Shown: piece by piece, positions 35,688 through 43,107 of the stretch
Layout of the letters: each line of letters begins with the position of its first letter
Position numbering within the stretch: position 1 is the first letter of the stretch
Assembly: GCA_035635635.1 (NCBI GenBank)
Contig: DASQAS010000056.1
Coordinates: 18,666 to 82,665 of the forward strand
Length of the DNA stretch: 64,000 nt
Direction of reading: 5' to 3'
Origin: Myxococcales bacterium
GTDB lineage: Bacteria; Myxococcota; Myxococcia; Myxococcales; 40CM-4-68-19
Translations under genes and position numbers: made by a program
Notes under the pieces: generated by a model
Told to the model about the DNA's origin: nothing
The model's input: the letters and a program-made list of their open reading frames with translations, nothing else
Databases searched by the model: none

Positions 35688-38193
35688 CCCGACGAATCCG
35701 CAGGGCGACCAGCGAGGGGCCGGACACGTCCAGCCACTGCTTCAGGACCGAGCGGCGGCCGTCGAAGGCCAGGTTTCCGCCGGCGAGGAGCGTCTGGAAC
35801 GGCGACGACGTGTCCGCCCCTCCGCTGAACCACTGCTCGACGCGCAGGAGCGAGTCGCTGCCGCCGGAGAACCCGCTCCACCAGGAGTCCTCGCGGTGAG
35901 GAGAGAGATCCGGCTCGGCTGACGCGCCCGCGCCGGCGATGCCGAACCAGCGCTGGACGAGGCCGTCGCCCGAGGCGACGTCCACGCCCTGCAGCTCCAG
36001 CGCGGGCTCCGCCGGCTCCTCTGCCGCGCGCACGCGCAGCGCGCCTTCGCAGACGCGCCGCTTGGTCATGCGCTGGATCTGGAGCGGAGCCTCGAGGAGG
36101 GGGCGCCGCGCCAGGTGCTCCTCGATGCGCCGCAGGGTCTCCTTCTCCCGGCGCTCGTCGGGCACGTCGAGGGCGATCAGCTTCCAGCCTTCGCCGAGCA
36201 GGTGCAGCCGGACGCCCGCGCCGCGCAAGGTGGTGAGGTCCGGCGCGGCCCGCCGCAGGGTCCCCTCGAGCTGCCGGCGGACCAGGGCGATGACGGTCTC
36301 CAGCAAAGCCTCGCCGAGCTGCCCGTGCCGCGCGCCTTCGGCATCGCGGAGCGCGCCGCCGCCCGCGATCAGCGCCCGCCAGCGCCGCGCCGTCGCGCGA
36401 TAGGCGCTGCGCACGGAGGTGGGCGCATCGCGATCCGCGCTGGCGAAGGCCGCCGCGTCGATCAGGCGCTCGCCGCCCAGCAGATAGCTCATCGAGGAAC
36501 CCGGAACGAAGGGAAGCGGACGGCCCGGAGCCTGGGGCAGGCGGACGGTGACTTGTAGCGTGAGCCCGCCGAAGTCCACGAAGGTCTCCAGCGGATGGCG
36601 ATCGTCGCGCGCGCGCGCCCGGCCGGAGCGCGCCGCGAGCGGGTCGGTCACCAGCCGGTGCGAAGCGGTAGCCCAGGCTGCGGACAGCCCGGCGCAGAGC
36701 TGCCGGCCGACGCCGTCGAAGATCGTCCGGAACGGTTGCTGGCCGCCGCTGTCGAAGGCGCACTCCGGATAGGTGAGCACCGCCTCCGCAGAGGACAGAT
36801 TCGGCCGGCGCAGCGTCCAGCGGCCTCCTTCGGGCGTGACCAGCGGAGTGCCGTGGGCGGCCGCCAGGGTGCGGCCCAGGTGAAAGGCGTACGTTTCCAG
36901 GAGCCTGCGGCTCACCTCGGTCCGGTCGGCGAGCGGCTGCGGCACGTCCGCCAGCCAGTCCGAGAGCAACAGGAGCTCGGGGGACTTGAACCGATCGATC
37001 AGGAGCGGCGCGTGGTTGCCTCCGCTTTCCGATGCCTGCGGCAGCCAGAGCTGCGCGGCGGCGTCGGGCGCGCCGGTCAGCAGATCCACCAGCGCCTCCG
37101 GCGAAGCGGCGGACAGCGCGGTCGGGAGCTGCTCGCCCGGCGCCAACAGATGGTCGGCGCAGCCCACCTCGTGCGCGCTCGCCGCGTCGCCGGCGATGCG
37201 GCGGAATCCGGAGGGGGAGGGGCGCGGCGCTCCCTGCGGCAAGAGCTTCGCGCCGATGGATCCGGCGGCCGCGTTGTCTTCCTCGACCGCCACCGTGGAC
37301 GTGCTTCCGATGTCCACCGCGAGGCGCAGCGTGCCGGGCACCGGCGAAGCGGCTGCGCTGACCCCGGCCTCCGGCGCGTCCTTGGTGCACGCCTGCCAGA
37401 TCGCCGGCAGGTCCCAGAGCGCCTGCGGCTCCCGGCCCTCCAGGACGCGCAGGACCGCCCAGCGGGGCCAGCCCGCGGGCCAGTCGGCGGTGGGCGGCGA
37501 ATCGCTCCGCGGCATCACCCAGGTGACGGTGGTCTGCCCCCGCGCTCCGGGGGCAGGCGCGACGGGCGAGGCCGGGGCGCCCAGCCAGATCCGCACGGGA
37601 GCGCGGGGCTCCGATGCGCGTCGGGCGGCTGCGCGCAGCCAGACCTCGCCGCGCCAGTCGGCGGCGGGGAACGGCGGCGACAGCGCCAGGTGGAGGCGCA
37701 GCGAGGCGGCGACCGAGCCGTACCGGCCCGCGAAGACCAGCGGGAAGCACTCCACCGCCGCAAGCTCCGTCTCGCGCACGACCGCGAGCCAGGCCCGCTG
37801 CACCACGCGAGGCCCGTCGAGGTGCGGCGGTCCCTCCAGCAGCAGCACGCCGGCGTCGATCAGCCAGGCGCACCAGGACGGCATCGGAAGGGGCAGCAGG
37901 GCCTTCTCCGCCGCGGGACCCTGGGCGTTGGCCGGCACCAGCAGCGGATCCGCGCAGCCCACCGCGTCGCGCCAGTCGGCGAGCGCGGGCCGCAAAAGGC
38001 CGTTCACCGCCGACTCGGCCAATCCGAAGCGCGCGCCCATGCCCGTGAGCAGCGCGTCGATGGCGAGCGCCGGCCGCAGCGGCTCGGACTGTCCCCATCC
38101 TCCGGGCCGCTGCGGAGGAGCGCCGCGGCGCTTGAGGACGCGCAGGACCGCGCCCGCCGCGCGCCGGATGGAGAGGGAATCGCCGTCCGCCAT
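35674..38193 (-). CDS. Orf-J: 839-aa protein with actin/Hsp70-like (ASKHA) phosphate-binding motifs; last gene of the 10-gene operon
   Basis: The full ORF is ATG-initiated, 6 nt after the Orf-I stop. The phosphate-1-like motif is LAVDIGSTSTVAV (D294, nt 37297-37314). The phosphate-2-like motif is FVDFGGLTLQVTV (D540, nt 36565-36576). An adenosine-motif-like LHLLGEGWK lies near aa 667. There is no signal peptide or TM segment. Confidence 0.75.
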   Translation of the reverse strand: MADGDSLSIRRAAGAVLRVLKRRGAPPQRPGGWGQSEPLRPALAIDALLTGMGARFGLAESAVNGLLRPALADWRDAVGCADPLLVPANAQGPAAEKALLPLPMPSWCAWLIDAGVLLLEGPPHLDGPRVVQRAWLAVVRETELAAVECFPLVFAGRYGSVAASLRLHLALSPPFPAADWRGEVWLRAAARRASEPRAPVRIWLGAPASPVAPAPGARGQTTVTWVMPRSDSPPTADWPAGWPRWAVLRVLEGREPQALWDLPAIWQACTKDAPEAGVSAAASPVPGTLRLAVDIGSTSTVAVEEDNAAAGSIGAKLLPQGAPRPSPSGFRRIAGDAASAHEVGCADHLLAPGEQLPTALSAASPEALVDLLTGAPDAAAQLWLPQASESGGNHAPLLIDRFKSPELLLLSDWLADVPQPLADRTEVSRRLLETYAFHLGRTLAAAHGTPLVTPEGGRWTLRRPNLSSAEAVLTYPECAFDSGGQQPFRTIFDGVGRQLCAGLSAAWATASHRLVTDPLAARSGRARARDDRHPLETFVDFGGLTLQVTVRLPQAPGRPLPFVPGSSMSYLLGGERLIDAAAFASADRDAPTSVRSAYRATARRWRALIAGGGALRDAEGARHGQLGEALLETVIALVRRQLEGTLRRAAPDLTTLRGAGVRLHLLGEGWKLIALDVPDERREKETLRRIEEHLARRPLLEAPLQIQRMTKRRVCEGALRVRAAEEPAEPALELQGVDVASGDGLVQRWFGIAGAGASAEPDLSPHREDSWWSGFSGGSDSLLRVEQWFSGGADTSSPFQTLLAGGNLAFDGRRSVLKQWLDVSGPSLVALRIRRAIGR

Positions 38194-38199
38194 GACGCC

Positions 38200-38535
38200 T
38201 CAGCGCAGGTGCGCCCGGGCCGCGGCCGCGGGGGCATCCTGGACTTCCGGGGGTGGAGAGCTCTTCGGCAAGGCGGGCTCCTCGTCCAATTCTTCCTCGA
38301 CGAGGCGGCGCCGGCGCAAGAGCACCCGGAAAACCCCGGTGCTGACCGCGAATAGCCCGGCCAGGGCGGCGACGAGGTTGGCGTCGCCCAGGGCGGCCGC
38401 GGCGTCGAGCCACTCCGGGGGGCCGTACAGCGCCAGGGCACTGGGCACGAGCAGGCTGACCCCGGCGCCGGCGAGGAGCGCCAGGATCCACGGCCTGCGC
38501 TCGAGGCGCAAGAGTCTGCGTCCCATCCTGCTCAT
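38200..38535 (-). CDS. Orf-I: 111-aa two-TM membrane protein
   Basis: ATG at 38535 overlaps the Orf-H TGA (ATGA). The product is MSRMGRRLLRLERRPWILALLAGAGVSLLVPSALALY...ANLVAALAGLFAVSTGVFRVLLRRRR plus an acidic/Pro tail. Only the last 111 codons of ORF 38200..40725 are accepted. Confidence 0.6.
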   Translation of the reverse strand: MSRMGRRLLRLERRPWILALLAGAGVSLLVPSALALYGPPEWLDAAAALGDANLVAALAGLFAVSTGVFRVLLRRRRLVEEELDEEPALPKSSPPPEVQDAPAAAARAHLR

Positions 38536-41030
38536 GGCTCCCCGCCGTCGATGGTCCACTCCCGGGCCGGGATGCCGGAAGAGCGCGCCAGTCCGAGGTC
38601 CACCAGTGGACTGTGCGAGACCAGGATCGCGGCATTGCGGCCCTGGGAGTCCGAGACCCAGCCGAGCAGCGCGTCCATCAGCCGCAGGTGGGCCGCGGGA
38701 TCGGCGGCGCCGAAGGGCTCGTCGAGCAGGAGCAGCCGCGTCCGGCGGGCCGACTCCAGCCGCATCACCTCCGCGGCGAGGAGGATGCGCTGCCGCTCGC
38801 CCTCGGAGAGGGCGCCGATCGATCGCGCCAGCAGTTCCCTGTCGAGCGCGCCGCCGTACCAGCGCTGGGCGAGCCCGTGCCCCTGCGCGGCGGAGACCTT
38901 GCCCAGGACCTCGCGGACGGGCATCTCGGCGGGAAAGGCCCGGGCCGCGTCCTGCATGACGAAGCCTATTTGTAGCGAGAGCGGCGGCCGCGCGGCGATC
39001 TCGCGGAGCAAGGTGGACTTGCCGCAGCCCGAAGGGCCGGAGAGGACGACCAGCTCGCCGCCGCGGATCCGGGCGGAAGCGGAGACGGAATAGGGGCGAC
39101 CGGAGATGGTGGTGCGGTCGCGGAGGACCCGGACGCCCTCGCCGTCCTTCGCGGCCGCGGACTCGCCCGGCGCGCGCTCCCGGGCCGCGAACAGGGCGTC
39201 GACCGCCGCGAAGTACTGCTGCAGCCCCTGCGGCTCGGCTCCCTCCCAGCGGCGGACCGGACCGGCGAGCACGGAGAGCGCCCGCGCCTTGCGCTCCTCG
39301 ATCCAGAGGACGTGGTCGGCGACGGCGTCCGCGGCCCGATCGCCGAGGAGCGCGTCGATGGGCTCGGGATCGTGCGAGGTGAGCACCACCGCTCCGGTTC
39401 CGCTGAACTGCGCCGGCAACAGCTCGCGCACGCAGTCGAGCAGCGCGTGCGTGCGCGGCCCGTCCTGCGCCGAGGTGGGCTCGTCCAGGAGCAGCGTGCA
39501 GGCCGGATCCGCGCGCGCCCGCGACAGGGCGAGCGAGAGCAAGAGGCGCTGCCGCTCGCCGCGCGAGAGCGCGGAGACGGGCGTGAAGGGATCGAAGAGG
39601 CGCCTGCGGAGCGGAGCGTCGCCGAGCCGGCCGAGCAGGTCCCAGAGCACCCGATCGGCGTGCCCGTCGCGGGGCCGCGCCAGCCGGGCGACGTCGGGTG
39701 CGGAGAAGGAGCGCGGCAGCGCCTCGTCCGGATCCTGCGGGACCAGCACCGCGCGGGGAAGCTGCGCCGTCCAGGCGCGCAGCAGCGTGCTCTTGCCGGC
39801 GCCCGAAGGACCCAGCACCCACTGCAGCGCAGGGCGCGTGGCGATGCCGTGCGCGCTGGCCACCCCTCGCGCGAGGACGCCGCGGCCGACGCGGAGCACG
39901 CCGCCCTCGAGGGTGACACGTCCGGTCCCGCGGGGCAGCGTCTGCGCCAACAGGAGCAGGAGGGCGGCCGCGACCACCGCAAGGTGCGTCGTCCCCCAGG
40001 CGGCGGGGAACGGCAGCGGCAGGCCGTCTCCGCCGGCGCCGCGCAGGAACAGCGCGGCTCCGAGCGAGGGATAGGGCGGGAACCCCGGCGGGCGGAAGCT
40101 GTCGATCAGCGTGTTGGAGAGGATGTCGATCAGCGCGGCGGCCGCCATTCCCGCCAGCAGCAGCGCGCCCAGCTCGCGCCGCCGGCGCAGCCACAGGCCC
40201 TGCCGGACCAGGATCGACCAGGGCCGCTCGCCGCGGACCCGGGCGGCCAGGAACGAATCGCTGCTCTCCTCCGCGGCGCGGACGTCGTCCAGCCAGCTCC
40301 ACAGCCCCCGGCCGATCCCGAGGCCCAGCCCCACCGAGGCCGCGAGCAGGCCGGGCGCGATGCCGAGAAGCGATCGATAGGCGAGCTGCTCGTCGGGCCG
40401 CAGCGCCAGCCATTGTCCGGCGGCGAGGAAGGCCACCTCCGCGCAGATCAGCGCGCGGACCACCAGGGCGAACGCGACATAAGGGACGGCGCCGGCGAAC
40501 GAGAGCACGCCGCCGATGGCGCGCGCCCACCCGTCCATGCGCTGCGCGTAGAGCAAGAGCCAGAGGGCGCCGATCACCGCCGCGGTGGCCAGCGCGCCCA
40601 GCGCGACCAGCGTGGTGCCGGCGAGCATCATCGCCAGCGGCGGCTCCGAGAGGCGAGGGAACGGAAGCGCTCCATGCCAGGCGAGCAGAAGGCGCGGCGG
40701 AAAGAGCACGCCGCTCGAGCGCCACGCCTCGGCGGTGGCGGCGGCGATCAGCACGAGCGCGCCGGCGGACAGGGCGTCCGAGATGGATCGCGGAGGCGCG
40801 GCGTCCCGGCCCAGCCCCTCGCGGACGTTCACCCGGATGAAGGCGAGCACGATCGCGCCCCCGCCGGCGAGCAGGAGCCCGAGGAGCGCGGCGGCCGCCG
40901 GGTAAGGCTCGTCGCGGGCGGGCAGGACCAGAAGCTGCCCCGCGCCGACCGCAAGCAGCACGGCTCCGAGCGCGGAGAGGGCGCGGAAGCCGGGCGGGAG
41001 AAGGGCGTCGATCCGTGGGCGCCCCGTCAT
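38532..41030 (-). CDS. Orf-H: fused ABC transporter polypeptide (Opp/Dpp-like permease domain plus two ATP-binding cassettes)
   Basis: ATG at 41030 overlaps the Orf-G TGA. The N-terminal half has about 6 TM segments and an EAA-loop-like stretch, SDSFLAARVRGERPWSILVRQGLW. NBD1 has GPSGAGKSTLL, LSRGERQRLLLSLAL and LLLDEPTSAQD. NBD2 has GPSGCGKSTLL, LSEGERQRILLAAEV and LLLLDEPFGAAD. The upstream 385 codons of ORF 38532..42185 are rejected. Confidence 0.85.
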   Translation of the reverse strand: MTGRPRIDALLPPGFRALSALGAVLLAVGAGQLLVLPARDEPYPAAAALLGLLLAGGGAIVLAFIRVNVREGLGRDAAPPRSISDALSAGALVLIAAATAEAWRSSGVLFPPRLLLAWHGALPFPRLSEPPLAMMLAGTTLVALGALATAAVIGALWLLLYAQRMDGWARAIGGVLSFAGAVPYVAFALVVRALICAEVAFLAAGQWLALRPDEQLAYRSLLGIAPGLLAASVGLGLGIGRGLWSWLDDVRAAEESSDSFLAARVRGERPWSILVRQGLWLRRRRELGALLLAGMAAAALIDILSNTLIDSFRPPGFPPYPSLGAALFLRGAGGDGLPLPFPAAWGTTHLAVVAAALLLLLAQTLPRGTGRVTLEGGVLRVGRGVLARGVASAHGIATRPALQWVLGPSGAGKSTLLRAWTAQLPRAVLVPQDPDEALPRSFSAPDVARLARPRDGHADRVLWDLLGRLGDAPLRRRLFDPFTPVSALSRGERQRLLLSLALSRARADPACTLLLDEPTSAQDGPRTHALLDCVRELLPAQFSGTGAVVLTSHDPEPIDALLGDRAADAVADHVLWIEERKARALSVLAGPVRRWEGAEPQGLQQYFAAVDALFAARERAPGESAAAKDGEGVRVLRDRTTISGRPYSVSASARIRGGELVVLSGPSGCGKSTLLREIAARPPLSLQIGFVMQDAARAFPAEMPVREVLGKVSAAQGHGLAQRWYGGALDRELLARSIGALSEGERQRILLAAEVMRLESARRTRLLLLDEPFGAADPAAHLRLMDALLGWVSDSQGRNAAILVSHSPLVDLGLARSSGIPAREWTIDGGEP

Positions 41031-42097
41031 CGGACGCTCCCGATCGCGCTGAGCGAGGAGCGGATCTCCACCACGAAACGGTGGCCGAGCACCCAGAGCA
41101 CCACCAGCGCGCCGCCGACCAGCGCCGCCGACGACAGCCGCTCCCCGACCGAGGCCTCGCGCATGGCCGAGCGGATCAGCGAGCCGAGCCCGCTGGCGGC
41201 GGCGACCACCGAGGGGTCCTGGTCCGCCTTCGCGCAGGCGAACACGGCGGCGGCGGCGAGCGCGGGCACCAGGGGAATGAGCCACTGGACGGCATCGAGC
41301 GCGGACAGCCGTGCGGCCGCCGACACCGCGGGCCTGCCGCCCAGCGCGCTCAAGCAGGCCGCCTGGGGCGCGGAGCCGAAGAGCCCGCGCGCCGCCGCGC
41401 CGGACAGCGCGCCCGCGAACCCGGCGACGAAGAGCACCGCGGCCGGGCCGACGCCGAGGGAGCGCGTGCGGTCGTAGAACAGGGCCGGATCGAGCAGCGG
41501 CCACAGCGGTAGGACGACCAGGACCGCGGTGGCGCCGGAGAGCAGCGCATGCCGCGCGGCGGGCCGCAGGCTCCGCCTCCAGCGGATCAGCTCGGCGGCG
41601 ATTCCACCCGCGGCCGCGGCCAGGACCGCGAGTCCGAGGCCGCCGAGCAAAAGCCCGAGAGCGTCGGACACGCCGCGGGCGGCGCTGCGGAAGCGGCTGC
41701 GATCGGCCACCGAGGCCGCCCACGCGTCGCGGAGCGAAACCAGGCGCGCTCCGTCGTCCCCGGCCGGCGTCAGCGCCCACGGTGGCCGGCGCGCCCAGAG
41801 CGATCGCAGCGGTCCGTCGGGCGCGTCCGCTCCCAAGCTCCGTTCCGCGAGCGCGCGCAGGACGGCGAGATCGAAGTCGAGATAGGCGGAGGCGGAGGGC
41901 TGGGTCCGCTCGGGGGCGCCGCTGCGGTCCACCAGCGCCAGCGCGACGGCGAGCGCGAGCAGGCAGGCGCAGGCGACGGAGGCGGCGGCCAGCCATCGGG
42001 TCGCGGCGGCCGCGATCTGCGCCGCGCGAGCGGCGCCGGCCAGGGCATCCAGCCCGTCTGTCGGCGCCGCGATCCGCAGCTCCGTGGGGCCGCTCAT
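41027..42097 (-). CDS. Orf-G: polytopic membrane protein, probable ABC permease partner (OppB/DppB-like topology)
   Basis: ATG at 42097 overlaps the Orf-F TGA. TM1 is followed by a loop of about 100 aa and then about 5 further TM segments. I see no clear sequence motif beyond topology. Confidence 0.65.
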   Translation of the reverse strand: MSGPTELRIAAPTDGLDALAGAARAAQIAAAATRWLAAASVACACLLALAVALALVDRSGAPERTQPSASAYLDFDLAVLRALAERSLGADAPDGPLRSLWARRPPWALTPAGDDGARLVSLRDAWAASVADRSRFRSAARGVSDALGLLLGGLGLAVLAAAAGGIAAELIRWRRSLRPAARHALLSGATAVLVVLPLWPLLDPALFYDRTRSLGVGPAAVLFVAGFAGALSGAAARGLFGSAPQAACLSALGGRPAVSAAARLSALDAVQWLIPLVPALAAAAVFACAKADQDPSVVAAASGLGSLIRSAMREASVGERLSSAALVGGALVVLWVLGHRFVVEIRSSLSAIGSVR

Positions 42098-43107
42098 CGC
42101 GCGCGCTCCGTTCCGGCGCCGATGCAGCGGCCCTCGTGGCCCAGCGCGCAGCCGAGCTGCTGCTCGAGAGCGCCGCGCAGCACATCCATCTCCTGGCAAT
42201 GGCCCGACCAGGCGCCGGCGTCCAGCGTCCAGCTCGCCCGATCGAGCGAGCGCCGCGCGCCGACGATCTGCGCTTCCCACTGATCGAAGCGGTCGAGCAG
42301 CGCGGTCCGGACGCGCGCTTCGCCGCCGCAGCGCGCGCTCGCGGCCGGCGGCGGCGGCACGGCGGCGGGTGCCGGAGGTGGCGGCGCGGGGGCCGCGGCG
42401 GCCGCTTCCGGCCTGGGCGGCTCTCCGCCGAGCAGGATCGACTCGTCGAACGCGGCGCCGGGATCGAAGGCGCGCGCCCAGCGCGCGTCGCCGTAACGGA
42501 ACGGCTCGGCCCAGCGCTCGCGCCCCGCGACCAGCGGGAACGAGGACCTTGCCAGGTCCGGATCGCCGTCGGCCTTCACCGGCAAGAGCCACCATTCACA
42601 GGTGGTCGCGCCCAGGAGATCGGACGAGGGCCAGCCGCGTTCGGCGCCCCAGCAGACGAGAGCGGCGCGGAGCGCGCTGCGGTCCGCCTGCGCCGCGACC
42701 AGGTGCTGGTCTTTGCGGCGCTGTGGCGCCCGGGGCCAGCCGTCGATCGCCGACCGGACGGCGAATCGATCGATCAGCGCCGCCGAGGGCGGCGTGCGCG
42801 AGAGCCGGATGGCGGCGAGCTCGACCGTGCCGCGGGGGCCGAAGAAGGCCGCGGCGGGCACGGCGCAATCCGGATCGGCCTTCGAGCGCAACAGCTTCAC
42901 GCGGTCGGGCGACCTGGACCGCTGCTGCGCGTACTCGGCGAGCGCGCGGGTCTGCGCGCCCGGCCGGACCTCGCAGACGTCGTCCGGTTCTCCCTGGCAA
43001 TCGGAGCAGCCACGCAGGGACGCGGGCTTCGCGGCGTACTGGTAGACGCGGAACCAGTCCGGCGCCTCGGACGCGGTGAGCAGGGCGATCGCCAGCGCGG
43101 CGGTCAC
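42094..43107 (-). CDS. Orf-F: exported Cys-rich protein (337 aa), hypothetical
   Basis: GTG at 43107 overlaps the Orf-E TGA (GTGA). The N-terminus is short and hydrophobic (VTAALAIALLTASEA). There are about 10 Cys, a Pro/Ala linker (PPRPEAAAAAPAPPPPAPAAVPPPP) and a C-terminal helical module. The start is less certain than the others. Confidence 0.6.
   Translation of the reverse strand: MTAALAIALLTASEAPDWFRVYQYAAKPASLRGCSDCQGEPDDVCEVRPGAQTRALAEYAQQRSRSPDRVKLLRSKADPDCAVPAAAFFGPRGTVELAAIRLSRTPPSAALIDRFAVRSAIDGWPRAPQRRKDQHLVAAQADRSALRAALVCWGAERGWPSSDLLGATTCEWWLLPVKADGDPDLARSSFPLVAGRERWAEPFRYGDARWARAFDPGAAFDESILLGGEPPRPEAAAAAPAPPPPAPAAVPPPPAASARCGGEARVRTALLDRFDQWEAQIVGARRSLDRASWTLDAGAWSGHCQEMDVLRGALEQQLGCALGHEGRCIGAGTERAR

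Noticed and set aside
35674-38193. Annotating Orf-J as a DnaK/Hsp70 chaperone or as FtsA, MreB or PilM.
   Set aside because: Only the short phosphate-binding motifs match. The length, the large insertions, the absence of a substrate-binding-domain-like C-terminus and the genomic context do not fit those families.
35507-38959. Long alternate-frame ORFs over Orf-J and Orf-I: 35507..38635 (-), 36595..38355 (+), 36986..38959 (+) and 37614..38048 (+).
   Set aside because: Their translations are Arg/Pro/Ala-rich and lack motifs. The accepted frame has ASKHA motifs and a start 6 nt after the upstream stop.
38200-42185. Full-length versions of ORF 38200..40725 (841 aa) and ORF 38532..42185 (1217 aa).
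   Set aside because: Only the 3'-terminal 111 codons of the first and 832 codons of the second give membrane or ABC sequence. Each upstream part is Arg-rich noise that overlaps genes with better evidence in other frames. In both cases an ATG sits exactly on the upstream gene's TGA.
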